This document shows positions 53,466 to 63,165 of a stretch of 64,000 nucleotides of DNA, one piece after another. The DNA is from an uncultured Planctomycetota bacterium. GTDB taxonomy: Bacteria > Planctomycetota > Planctomycetia > Isosphaerales > Isosphaeraceae. The notes below the pieces were generated by a model. It was not told where the DNA came from. It made no database searches and saw only the letters and a program-made list of their open reading frames with translations. Position numbers and translations under genes: made by a program. Within the stretch, counting starts at the first letter, position 1. Every line of letters begins with the position of its first letter. The stretch is from assembly GCA_963823665.1 (NCBI GenBank), contig CAWGMQ010000005.1:1664001-1728000 (forward strand), given 5' to 3'.

Positions 53466-53652
53466 GAAGCACGAGCCCGCGGCGAGTGCTTTGTCACAAC
53501 ACCGTTCCGCCAGGAGACTTGGGAATTCGGGTTTTCGTGAGCTATGATTGACAATGGGAAGACGTTGAAGGCGTCTGCGCCGCCGGGCGAGAACTCATGC
53601 AGGCTCGACGCAAGGAAACCGCTCTGGGCCGTTATTGATCGAAGAAACACCG

Positions 53653-54560
53653 ATGCAAATACTCGTCGTCGACGATCAGATAACCGTTGGTCTGGCTCTG
53701 TGCGGGACGCTCGAAAGGCTCGGCCACGAGCCCCAGCTCGTCCCGTCGAGCTTCGCGGCCCTCGAGCTCGTCGAGAACGGTGATCGGCGAATGGTGATCA
53801 CGGATTGGATGATGCCCGATATGGACGGTCCGGAGCTTTGCCGCCGAATCCGCACATCAAGGAGGCATCCGTACACGTACATCCTGATGGTGACGGGACG
53901 GACCGATCGCCTTGATCGATTGGCCGGCTTGGCCGCCGGCGCCGATGACTTTCTGACCAAGCCCGTGGATGAGGAAGAGCTGGATCGTCCGGCTGGCGAT
54001 CGCGGGTCGCATCCTCGGCGTTCAAGCCGAGCTCGAGGCGAAGAACGCTCGTCTGGAAGAGATGGCGAACCTGGATCCGCTCACCGGACTCGCCAATCGC
54101 CGCATGCTGGCTGAAGGCATCGAGGCGGTGGTTTCCGGCGGCGAGGTGGCTGCGCCGTTCTCGGTGCTGGCAATCGACGTCGACCATTTCAAATCATACA
54201 ACGACGAATTCGGCCATCTGGCTGGCGACGACGTACTCAAACTGGTCGCGGCCACTCTGCGGGCCAACACGCGCTCGGGCGACCTGGTGGCCCGGTACGG
54301 CGGCGAAGAGTTCATCGTGCTGCTTCCGGGGGTGGATTCGCGGCTGGCCGGAAATGATCGCCGAATCGCTTCGCAGCGGCCATCGAATCGCAAGATTGGC
54401 CCCACCGCCGCGTGACCGCCAGCTTCGGCATCGCCACAGCCTGGAATGTCACCGCGCTCACCGACATCTCCGGGCTCTTGAACGCCGCCGATGCCGCCCT
54501 CTATCAGTCGAAGAAGTCCGGACGCAATCGCGTCACACACGCCGGCGGCGACGATCACCT
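53653..54560 (+). CDS. REC-GGDEF diguanylate cyclase (frameshifts near 53985 and 54355; end uncertain)
   Basis: LVVDD, DWMMP, GADDFLTKP; DPLTGLANRR, DVDHFK.YND, RYGGEEF, AD.ALYQSKKSGRN. Confidence 0.88.
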
Positions 54561-55112
54561 CACAACTCGCCCTTCAACCCCAGGTGCATGGAAAGTAGTG
54601 CTGCACCTTGTCCTGATTCTCGAGCAGCCAATCAATCGTCGGCTCATTCCGCATCGCCTTGCCGATGACCTTCGAAGTCGCCTCGCGATGGACGTCGAAG
54701 AGGGCCTTGTGGTCCACCTGCGTCAACCTCGGTCACCGACGGGTCGAGCCAGACCGAGTAAATGATCCCCAGGTCGTTGACCTTGTCTTTGGGAATGACG
54801 CCGCTGCGCACGGCGTCGAGCACGCCGTGAGCGATCGCCGCCTGGACCGTCCCCATCAGAATGTTGGTGTACTTGGCGCTCTTCACGGTCACCTTGCTCA
54901 CCATGACCGTCGCCGGCCGCACCTGGACGTCGCTGGCCAGGATGGCGAAAACCCGTGGTATGGCCCTTCACCTGGTCGCCGATCAAATGGCCCAGGGCCA
55001 TCCCTACCGGACCGTCGAGCTCGCCGATTACCACCTCGGGCTCGGCGCAAAGGTAATCTGCTGAACCTTCTACAAGGGCTTCGCCCGTTCGCAAAACAAT
55101 CCGATCGCTCAT
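54560..55112 (-). CDS. fae: Formaldehyde-activating enzyme (frameshifts near 54955, 54720 and 54590)
   Basis: GEALV..AEPEVVIGELDGPVG, RPATVMVSKVT, GTVQAAIA.GVLDAV, KAMRNEPTIDWLLEN. Confidence 0.88.
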
Positions 55113-55495
55113 TGTCGCTCCTCAAAGTCGCCCCGCTCTTGGCATGGATTTGGAATACCGCTCGATTGTCGAGCATGATCTCGACTCTTACAATCGGTGA
55201 TCCGGCCAAGAACGCACTCGACGCCCGCCAGAGGGTCCTTGCTGGGCCCCGAAGTTCGTCCTACCATTGTGCTAAGAATTCGTGAACAGTACGTGCAGTT
55301 CAAATGAACAGTCATGATACGGCGACCGAGCAGTTTCGGCGATCGATCAGAACCCGAGAGGTTTAAGTGGTCGTTCAGCAGCCTCGTCCGTCCGGGACTA
55401 AAATTCAAACCGTTTGATCTTGGCGCAGCGCCCCGTGGCTTCAGCGGCAGATCCAGCTCCAGCGACAACGCAGGCACCGTCCCGGCCGCTCCGGC

Positions 55496-56656
55496 TTGCG
55501 GCCCCGCGAGCTGCTTCTGGTCGAGCGAATCAAGCGGCTCAAGAAAGACGCAGGAACTCATTCACCCAGCGCGTGGACTCTCGCCAAGCTCATTCCCGAG
55601 CTCCGGCTCAAGGTTGACGCGTGTTTTCTCTCGAACCCCTACGCCACCAAGCTCTTCTTGATGCACTTCCACCGCGAGGTGATCCGGCCCAAGAAGCTTC
55701 GTGCGCTCCTTGAGCTGTACCCGTCGCAAAACCGCGTTATCGCCGCCAAGCTGGGCCGAGTGCTCGACATTGCGCCGGAATCGATCTTTGTCGGCAACGG
55801 TGCCGCTGAGATTATCCAGGCGATCCTCCACCGATTCACCCAGAGCAAGCTTCTGGTCAATCTGCCCACGTTCTCGCCCTATTACGAATTCGTCCGGCCC
55901 GACACGCAGGTCATCTACAACCTGTTGCGCAAGGAAGACAACTTCCGCTTCGACCCCGAGGCCTACATCAAGCTCGTGGAGCGCGAACGGCCCGACACGG
56001 TTGTCTTGATCAATCCCAACAACCCGGACGGCGGCTACATTCCGAACACGTCGATGCGCCGGTTGCTCGAGCGACTGCGGTCTGTACCCAACGTCATTGT
56101 CGACGAGAGCTTCATTCACTTCGCTTGCGAAGGAAACGATTACACCTACCGCAGCCTGGCTGATTACGCCGGCCGGTTCCCCAACTTGACCGTCGTGAAG
56201 AGCATGTCCAAGGACTTCGGAGTCGCAGGCATTCGCGCCGGTTATGCCGTGATGGCGCCTAATCGCGTGCAGGCACTCCTCGAAAACGGCTACCTCTGGA
56301 ATTCATCCGGTCTCGCCGAGTACTTCTTCGACCTGTATTCCCGGCCCGACTTCCAGATGCAGTATGAACGCGAACGGATCCGCTTCATCCGCAACACGAA
56401 ACGATTCTTTGAGGCTCTGGCCAAGATTGATGGCCTGCGCGTTTATCCGTCTTTCGCCAACTTCGCGCTCGTCGAGCTGGGTGCCGGTTGGAACGCAGAA
56501 GACCTGGTATGCCGCCTGCTCATCCGCCGCGGAATTTACACGCGAACCTGTGACGACAAGAAAGGCCTCGAGGCCGGCAAATTCGTTCGCATCGCCGCCC
56601 GCAATCGCCCCGAGAATGCCTATATCATCCGCTCGCTCCGGCACTTGATCGGATAA
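55496..56656 (+). CDS. Class I/II PLP aminotransferase (HisC/CobD-like; start uncertain)
   Basis: GNGAAE, NPNNPDG, VDESF, KSMSKDFGVAGIRAGY, ANF.LV. Confidence 0.88.
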   Translation: MRPRELLLVERIKRLKKDAGTHSPSAWTLAKLIPELRLKVDACFLSNPYATKLFLMHFHREVIRPKKLRALLELYPSQNRVIAAKLGRVLDIAPESIFVGNGAAEIIQAILHRFTQSKLLVNLPTFSPYYEFVRPDTQVIYNLLRKEDNFRFDPEAYIKLVERERPDTVVLINPNNPDGGYIPNTSMRRLLERLRSVPNVIVDESFIHFACEGNDYTYRSLADYAGRFPNLTVVKSMSKDFGVAGIRAGYAVMAPNRVQALLENGYLWNSSGLAEYFFDLYSRPDFQMQYERERIRFIRNTKRFFEALAKIDGLRVYPSFANFALVELGAGWNAEDLVCRLLIRRGIYTRTCDDKKGLEAGKFVRIAARNRPENAYIIRSLRHLIG

Positions 56657-56674
56657 GCTCATCAATAGCGAGCT

Positions 56675-57859
56675 TTATTTCGACGAATGCCGCGCTGCGC
56701 CTTTCAATTCTTGAATTTCGATTCGTCGAAATTCAACGCGGCCCGATCGGCTTTGGAACGCAATCCGACCGGAATCACCCATGATCTTCTTGGCTTCGGC
56801 GTGCTGGTCAAACCGCACATCTTGCACCGGATCGCCGTTAATCCACAGTCGCAGCCGTGGTCCGCGGAACTCGACTTCCACGACGTTCCATGCTCGCTGG
56901 GGTCGTAGCGGGACGGGAACGCGCGGCCTCGTATGCGGGTGGTTCCGATCCACCCTCAGCGACATGATCGTACCGGTCGAGATCGGGTGGTCCTGATCTC
57001 CCAAAAGCTGAATTTCGTAGCGATCATCGAGCCGTGCCCCCTCCGCAGTGCGCACAGCGAGTCCGCCATCGCTCTGGGGCTGCGCCCGATACTCGAAGCG
57101 CAGTCGAAAATCGGAAAACTGCTTCTGCGTGTAGATCCAACTGGCCAGATATGCTTTGGTCGCGGTCAGGTCGTTTCCAACGAGCGAGTGAGCGGCGGCG
57201 TCGATAGACCAGCGATTGTCGCCCCCAGTCCAGCCGGTCAAATCGCGACCGTTCAAGAGCGCCGTGAAGCCGGGCGAGGGTTGCCAGGGGTCGGCCGTGG
57301 CAACCGCAGCAGCGGCTGCCTTCTTCTTCTTGACCTTCGCGTGCTCGGGTGCGTTTCTGGAGGCCGGCTCGGTATTGGGCGCGGCTGGCGACACGGCCGA
57401 AGCAGGCGATTTCTTCGACTCGGGGCCGTTCACCGACGCGATTCTGGGTGCCGGCAAGGCCGCCCTGGCCGGTGCTTTCTCGCTCTCAGAAGCGCTCGTC
57501 GAGGCAACTTCACCTTTCGGCTCGCCGGCCGCTGAGCCGCCGGTCGGCACTGCCGACCCGGCCTTTGCAGGTGCCGCTTTGACGGGCGTGACGATGCCCG
57601 CTGAGCTGCCAAGATCGGCAACGGCTTCTGACTTCGGCTCGGCCTGTCCATCCGCAACCTTTGGATCGCGTGAGTCGAGGTATTTCAGAAACAAGCCGAC
57701 AAGGATCGGGGCAATGATCGTCCCGAACGCGGCCCCCACGATTTTGGCGATCAACGGCAATGAACCAGAGGGCGCGTTCAAATTTCCCCCGTCGGCTCGC
57801 AATGGTAAGTCCCGACAGGGAGCCCGGCGCCCAGGATTCGCAGGCGGTTTCTCCGGCAT
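56675..57859 (-). CDS. DUF1080 (3-keto-disaccharide hydrolase-like) protein with TM anchor and low-complexity linker
   Basis: LLNGRDLTGW, FSDF.LRFEY, YEIQL, WN..E, GRIAFQ, VEFRRIEI. Confidence 0.85.
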   Translation of the reverse strand: MPEKPPANPGRRAPCRDLPLRADGGNLNAPSGSLPLIAKIVGAAFGTIIAPILVGLFLKYLDSRDPKVADGQAEPKSEAVADLGSSAGIVTPVKAAPAKAGSAVPTGGSAAGEPKGEVASTSASESEKAPARAALPAPRIASVNGPESKKSPASAVSPAAPNTEPASRNAPEHAKVKKKKAAAAAVATADPWQPSPGFTALLNGRDLTGWTGGDNRWSIDAAAHSLVGNDLTATKAYLASWIYTQKQFSDFRLRFEYRAQPQSDGGLAVRTAEGARLDDRYEIQLLGDQDHPISTGTIMSLRVDRNHPHTRPRVPVPLRPQRAWNVVEVEFRGPRLRLWINGDPVQDVRFDQHAEAKKIMGDSGRIAFQSRSGRVEFRRIEIQELKGAARHSSK

Positions 57860-58030
57860 TGCTCCGCTCCATTTCCCGCTGGAATGGATGGAAGGGGAAA
57901 ACTCCCCTTTTCGCCTCAACTATAGAGATAATTCGGTTCGCTTCGCAACGAAAAATCTGTCGCGTCGTGGTGCGCGAAAATCAAAAGGCATGATCGATTG
58001 ATCGCCTTCGAGAGCCAGACACAGCCGGTG

Positions 58031-61000
58031 TCATTTTGGTTTGGCACCCGGAACGGGCACCTGGCTGCTCGTCGCGAGATAGGCAAACAAATCGCGAATT
58101 TCCTGGTCTGCGAGCGTCTCGAGCTGCCCCTCCGGCATCATCGACGCCGATGACGGCTTGATCGCCTCAATATCTTCGCGCGGCACCACGATCCGCTCGT
58201 TGGCCGTCTGGATCACGAGCGAAGCGTCGTTCTGCTCCCTGACGATTCCCGAGATCAGCCGCCCGTCGTTCGTGGCCAGGTTCGTCACGGTGTAATCCCG
58301 GCTCACCGCGGCACTGGGGTCGAGCACATTCTCCAGGATATAGTCGGCATTGGCGCGATCCGAGCCGGTCAGATCGGGTCCGACATCGCCCCCTGCATCG
58401 TAGAGCTTGTGGCAGGCGAGGCAGGTGCGGTTGAAAACGGCCCGCCCTCGTCCCGGATCGGGCGATTGATCCGCAGGCGAGGCCAGCAGTGATTTGTACT
58501 TCGCGAGGAGACTGGACTTCGCTTTCGACGTCGGCTGTATTTTGCCCCAGACCTTCTCGATCTGCTCGCTCAACTCTCGGTCGCCAAAGGCCTGTAACTG
58601 GCGCGCGATCGAGACGCTCACGTCGCGCCGGGGTATCGCACCGCGGCCCAGAGCACCCACGAGTGCTTTCGCCCACGCGGGCCTGGCCGCGAGCGTTGCG
58701 ATCGCATCCTCCCGCTCGGCGGGAGAGCATTCGCGATAGCGCCCGAGAATCGTCTCGGGCGTGGCCGGATCGTCGTAAGCCGCCAGCGAGCGCAGCGCCA
58801 ATCCGCGCAGGGCTTGATCACCAGTCAGAGCTTGAAGGTCGGCCGCAAGGTTCGGCACGTGGCGCTCGACGAGGGCCGCGATCATCCGGCTGCGCTCTCC
58901 GGCAGGGGTTTCCGGATCCATTGCCGTTCTCCGCAGCACACCGATTGCCTTCGGCTCGCCGAAGTCGAGCCCGAGCAGGAGCGCTTGCTCGATCAATTCG
59001 AGGTCGCGCCGAGTCACCAATTCCGCAAAAGCCTCAATCCAACCTTGCGGCTCGGCAATATGCTTGCGGCCCCGCAGAGCGTCGCGAGTGCCGCTTAATA
59101 TGTCGCGGCAAGCGAGGTCTCCGACGCTCCTTAGCATCGACACGACCGCCGCCAAGCCCGCCACCGGCTCGGCGGAGACTGCGCGCCTGGCAACATATTG
59201 ACGCACGGCCTGAATCTGACTGTTTTTCGCCAGGTTCAGTGCCCGCGTGCGATCCGCCACCGCGAGCGGCTCGACTCCATACCAGATCATCAAGCTCAGC
59301 GATCGGTCGGTGGCATCCTCTTTGTGGCCGGCGAGCGGCTCGGCAATCGCCCAGCGCTCTGGAATCGGAATGCGCTCCAGTGCCGACGCCAGGCCCAGCC
59401 GCACCTTCGGGCTCGGATCGTTCCTGGCCAGCCCGGCAAATCGGCCCAGCACCGCCGCGCCGGGCGTTTTATCGTCGCAGAGCAGCCGGATTGCCCACGC
59501 GCGAATGTGCTCGCTGGGATCTTCGAGCAGCGTTTGCAGCACGTTCTCCCGGAGTCCGCCTGTCGCGTACAGCGCCCAGAGCGCACGCAAGCGTCGGCTG
59601 ACCTCTGGATTGGACGCGAGGATTTCCCCGAGCTCCCGGTTCGCCGCACCCAGGTCTTTGCCGGCAACCGCCCGTTCCTGAAGCAACCGCCGCGCCGTGC
59701 GCACGTACCAGTCGTTCGCATGGACCTGATAGCGTGCGAGCGCGAGATCGCTCTCTTGCGAAAGATCGACCTTCACCACAGCGGCCTTACCGAAACTGAT
59801 CTTGTAAATCCGTCCGTTCTCGCGGTGTGCGTTGTCGGCGTCGGTTTCGTGACATTCACCGGTGTCGTACCAGTCCGTCAAATACACAGTGCCGTCGGGG
59901 CCATACTTGAGCTCGAGCCCGCGAAACCACGTGTCTTGCACCGTGAGAAAATCCTTCTCATGCGTTGCGACATATCCTGACTTGCTGCGCTCGAGCCGGT
60001 CATGATTGACGCGGTGACCGTGAATGTTGCATGTGAACACGCCGTTGCGATAACGATCCGGCCAGTTATTTCCCAGATAGATCATCGCCCCGACGTGAGC
60101 ATGTCCGCCGCCGGCTTCACCATGCTTGCCTCTTCCCTCGCGCGAGTCTTGCCACCGCCCACCCGCCCAGTGCAAATGGTCGGCGCAGGTCTCCATCAGC
60201 TCGTAGCGATTGGGTACCACGTCTTCGCCGAACATTCGCTGAAAATGGGCGCCGGGAACGACGTGAAAGAGGTGGGGAATCACGCAATTGGTGATGAACG
60301 CTTCACCCAGGTCGTCAAAATCAAGGCCCCAGGGATTGGTCGTTCCGTGCGCCACCGCTTCGAAGACTAGACGAGTGGGGTGAAATCGCCAGACACCGCA
60401 GTCCAGCGCAACGCGTTTTTCGTCGGGCGTGCCCGGCTTGCCGACACGTGAAATCGACAGGATTCCGTTGCACCCCCAGAGCCAGCCGTCTGGGCCCCAT
60501 TTGAGGGCGTTGAACATATTGTGCTGGGGAGTCTTGCTCCAACCATCGAGCTTGATGACGGGCGGCCCGTCGGGACGATCGTCTCCGTTCTGATCGGGAA
60601 TGAACAGCAAGTTCGGCGTCGAGCACACCCAAACGCCGCCGAACCCCAGCTCGATCCCCGTGAAATTGGTCCCGTGCTCGTAGAAAACGGTCCGGCGATC
60701 GAAATGGCCGTCGCCGTCAGCGTCTTCGAAGATCAGGATGCGATCCCGTCCTGTGGGCCCTCCCAGCCAGATCGGATAGGCATAATTCTCGACGACCCAC
60801 AGACGACCCTTGTGGTCGATGGTCATCGCGATCGGTTGAACGACGTCGGGCTCGGCTGCGAACTGGGTGACGGTGAACCCGTCGGGAACTTTGATTCGGG
60901 CGGCGGCCTCCTTCGGAGGGACCGGTGCATTCGGGGACAGCGGGGTTTGCGCGGGTGCAATCGCAATCAGGTAATGGCAGTCTCCCAGCAAAACAAAGCT

Positions 61001-61060
61001 GCAAATAAGAATCGCGCGGAGTCCGCCTCGACTTTTTGAACGGCTGCGCACAACGATCAT
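58031..61060 (-). CDS. PVC-type heme-binding CxxCH protein
   Basis: FAAEPDVVQPIA, GTTNPWG, CLACH, GPDLTG, SMMPEG..DLFAYL; ATG at 61060 after GGGAG. Confidence 0.92.
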   Translation of the reverse strand: MIVVRSRSKSRGGLRAILICSFVLLGDCHYLIAIAPAQTPLSPNAPVPPKEAAARIKVPDGFTVTQFAAEPDVVQPIAMTIDHKGRLWVVENYAYPIWLGGPTGRDRILIFEDADGDGHFDRRTVFYEHGTNFTGIELGFGGVWVCSTPNLLFIPDQNGDDRPDGPPVIKLDGWSKTPQHNMFNALKWGPDGWLWGCNGILSISRVGKPGTPDEKRVALDCGVWRFHPTRLVFEAVAHGTTNPWGLDFDDLGEAFITNCVIPHLFHVVPGAHFQRMFGEDVVPNRYELMETCADHLHWAGGRWQDSREGRGKHGEAGGGHAHVGAMIYLGNNWPDRYRNGVFTCNIHGHRVNHDRLERSKSGYVATHEKDFLTVQDTWFRGLELKYGPDGTVYLTDWYDTGECHETDADNAHRENGRIYKISFGKAAVVKVDLSQESDLALARYQVHANDWYVRTARRLLQERAVAGKDLGAANRELGEILASNPEVSRRLRALWALYATGGLRENVLQTLLEDPSEHIRAWAIRLLCDDKTPGAAVLGRFAGLARNDPSPKVRLGLASALERIPIPERWAIAEPLAGHKEDATDRSLSLMIWYGVEPLAVADRTRALNLAKNSQIQAVRQYVARRAVSAEPVAGLAAVVSMLRSVGDLACRDILSGTRDALRGRKHIAEPQGWIEAFAELVTRRDLELIEQALLLGLDFGEPKAIGVLRRTAMDPETPAGERSRMIAALVERHVPNLAADLQALTGDQALRGLALRSLAAYDDPATPETILGRYRECSPAEREDAIATLAARPAWAKALVGALGRGAIPRRDVSVSIARQLQAFGDRELSEQIEKVWGKIQPTSKAKSSLLAKYKSLLASPADQSPDPGRGRAVFNRTCLACHKLYDAGGDVGPDLTGSDRANADYILENVLDPSAAVSRDYTVTNLATNDGRLISGIVREQNDASLVIQTANERIVVPREDIEAIKPSSASMMPEGQLETLADQEIRDLFAYLATSSQVPVPGAKPK

Positions 61061-61148
61061 AATCGGCTCCCTGCGGTTCCCGTGAGATCGATAACGAAGG
61101 TCGTCCGTAATGGCGTTGCTCAGGCCGTCGAGCCGTGCGCGAAAGTTG

Positions 61149-61382
61149 TCAGTGCGCTCGTCGCGCACGACCGCCAGCGTTTTTTTTCTGGCCATGTTCC
61201 TCGTTCGCCATTTGCTTCGGTCGGATTGTGTCGGTCAGGCCGGCCTGCTCCAAGGCTTTCTTCTGACCGGCGTCCACAATGAGCGTTCGCTCGTGTCGCG
61301 TTTGGAACGCACCACTACGTTCCAGGAGCAAGCCAATGGCGCCGCCGTATTTGCCTGCTTTGATTCTTACTGCGACGGGCAT
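61149..61382 (-). CDS. Small hypothetical protein, followed by a probable stub of a partner gene
   Basis: RBS GGAAGG; MPVAVRIKAGKYGGAIGLLLE..FQTRHERTLIV; overlapping MARKKTLAVV.. starts at 61195 after GAGGA. Confidence 0.5.
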   Translation of the reverse strand: MPVAVRIKAGKYGGAIGLLLERSGAFQTRHERTLIVDAGQKKALEQAGLTDTIRPKQMANEEHGQKKNAGGRARRAH

Positions 61383-61704
61383 CACTGTGCCTTCCAAAAG
61401 CGGGCTTTGGCCCAAGAACAGCTTCCAAGATAGCACAAAACGCAGAGCAATTCCACGATGAGACGCCAGAACGAAAAGACGACTAGTTACGCTGCCGATC
61501 GAAGGTACGACCAAGCTCGCTGCTCAAGAGACCAGGGCAAGTCCGTCGCTCGTGAATTTCCCGTGAACACTTGCCCAAATCGCACAAACCAGGCAGGCTT
61601 GAGCCTGAACCGGCAATCGGGAAGTCATGCGCCGGAATGGCACCGGACCGGATTGCTCGATCCGATTAGGCAATGCCTCGCTAAGTCCCCGTTGAGTGAG
61701 TCAT

Positions 61705-63150
61705 ATGGCCAGGTCATTCTGGGAAGCATTTACCCTCCTGCCGCTTTCCCACCAGCTCTTCTTCGCATTCGCACTCGTCATCGCGTTCGCCTTCGAATTC
61801 ATCAATGGCTTCCATGACACGGCGAACGCGGTCACGACGGTGATCTACACGCACACGCTCAAGCCGACCACCGCCGTGATCTACTCGGGGATCTTGAACT
61901 TCCTGGGTGTGCTGCTGGGAGGCACGGCGGTCGCGTTCAGCATCGTGAACCTGCTGCCGGTCGACCTGCTGATCGAGGGCAATACAGCTCGCGCCGTCGT
62001 GATGGTGCTCTCGCTGCTCCTGGCTGGGGTCATCTGGAACCTCGCTACCTGGTGGTATGGGCTGCCGGTTTCCAGCTCGCACACGCTCATCGGGTCGATC
62101 CTGGGCGTGGGGCTCGTCAACAGCGTTTTGACTCGAGGCGATTTTCAGGGAGTGAACTGGTCCAAGGCCGGTGAGGTCGCCCTTTCACTTTTGATCTCGC
62201 CTGCCATCGGCTTCGTCGCAGCCGCGGTAATTCTCCTCATGATGAAGCGGATGATCCCCGAGCCGAGACTTTATCAACCGCCGGATCAGGGAGACACGCC
62301 TCCGCGATGGGTCCGCGGGGTCTTGCTGGCGACGTGTGGTGGCGTCAGTCTCGCGCATGGCTCAAATGACGGTCAGAAAGGCATGGGGTTGATCCTGCTG
62401 GTGCTGATCGGCTTTCTGCCCGCGCACTACGCGCTCAACGTCAACGATCCTGCGCGGGCGAATGCGGTCCGCGAGTCGGCGATCGCGGTGCGCAACATCT
62501 TCGAGCAGCAAGAACCCGCGTCATTCAGTCCGGCAATCCGGGCCGATCTGGACACCATCGAAACGGCGCTAGCCGGGAAATCCAGCTTCGGCGAGGTGCC
62601 ATCGGAAGAGCGCTGGGAGGTCAGGCAGGCGGTGTTTCGCCTGCACCGCGATGTCCGGCGCGCTGGCGTCTCTCCGGCCGTTCGACATGCGCTTGCAGCA
62701 CACATCGCCAGCTTCGCGGGCGCGATTGAATACGTGCCCTACTGGGTCGTTTTCAGCGTGGCGGTGACTCTCGGGGCCGGAACCGCCGTCGGGTACAAGC
62801 GCGTCGTCGTGACCGTTGCCGAAAAGATTGGCAAGGCGCACATGACCTACGCCCAAGGCGCTGCTGCCGAGGTTGTCGCGGCGATCACCATCGGCCTCGC
62901 CGACGTTTTGCAGATGCCGGTGAGCACCACTCATGTGCTCTCCTCCGGCGTGGCGGGCACCATGTGGGCGAACCGCTCCGGGATTCAAGGCGTGACCGTC
63001 CGCAAAATCGGCCTAGCGTGGGTCCTGACTCTTCCCGCAGCGATCCTGCTCTCCGCCGCGTTGTTCAGCCTCGGCGGGCTTCTCATTCCCGCCCCCGCGC
63101 CCGAAGAAGCCCCAGCGACGCAATCGACCGAGGCGTCCGATGGCCGTTGA
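61705..63150 (+). CDS. pitA: Inorganic phosphate transporter, PiT family
   Basis: EFINGFHDTANAV, PVSSSHTLIG, AHGSNDGQK, PVSTTHVLSS. Confidence 0.93.
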   Translation: MARSFWEAFTLLPLSHQLFFAFALVIAFAFEFINGFHDTANAVTTVIYTHTLKPTTAVIYSGILNFLGVLLGGTAVAFSIVNLLPVDLLIEGNTARAVVMVLSLLLAGVIWNLATWWYGLPVSSSHTLIGSILGVGLVNSVLTRGDFQGVNWSKAGEVALSLLISPAIGFVAAAVILLMMKRMIPEPRLYQPPDQGDTPPRWVRGVLLATCGGVSLAHGSNDGQKGMGLILLVLIGFLPAHYALNVNDPARANAVRESAIAVRNIFEQQEPASFSPAIRADLDTIETALAGKSSFGEVPSEERWEVRQAVFRLHRDVRRAGVSPAVRHALAAHIASFAGAIEYVPYWVVFSVAVTLGAGTAVGYKRVVVTVAEKIGKAHMTYAQGAAAEVVAAITIGLADVLQMPVSTTHVLSSGVAGTMWANRSGIQGVTVRKIGLAWVLTLPAAILLSAALFSLGGLLIPAPAPEEAPATQSTEASDGR

Positions 63151-63165
63151 CAGGTGCCTGGACGA

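Noticed and set aside
61638..61657. Sigma-54 promoter upstream of pitA (TGGCAC..TTGC)
   Set aside because: Spacer is 9 nt instead of the required 5
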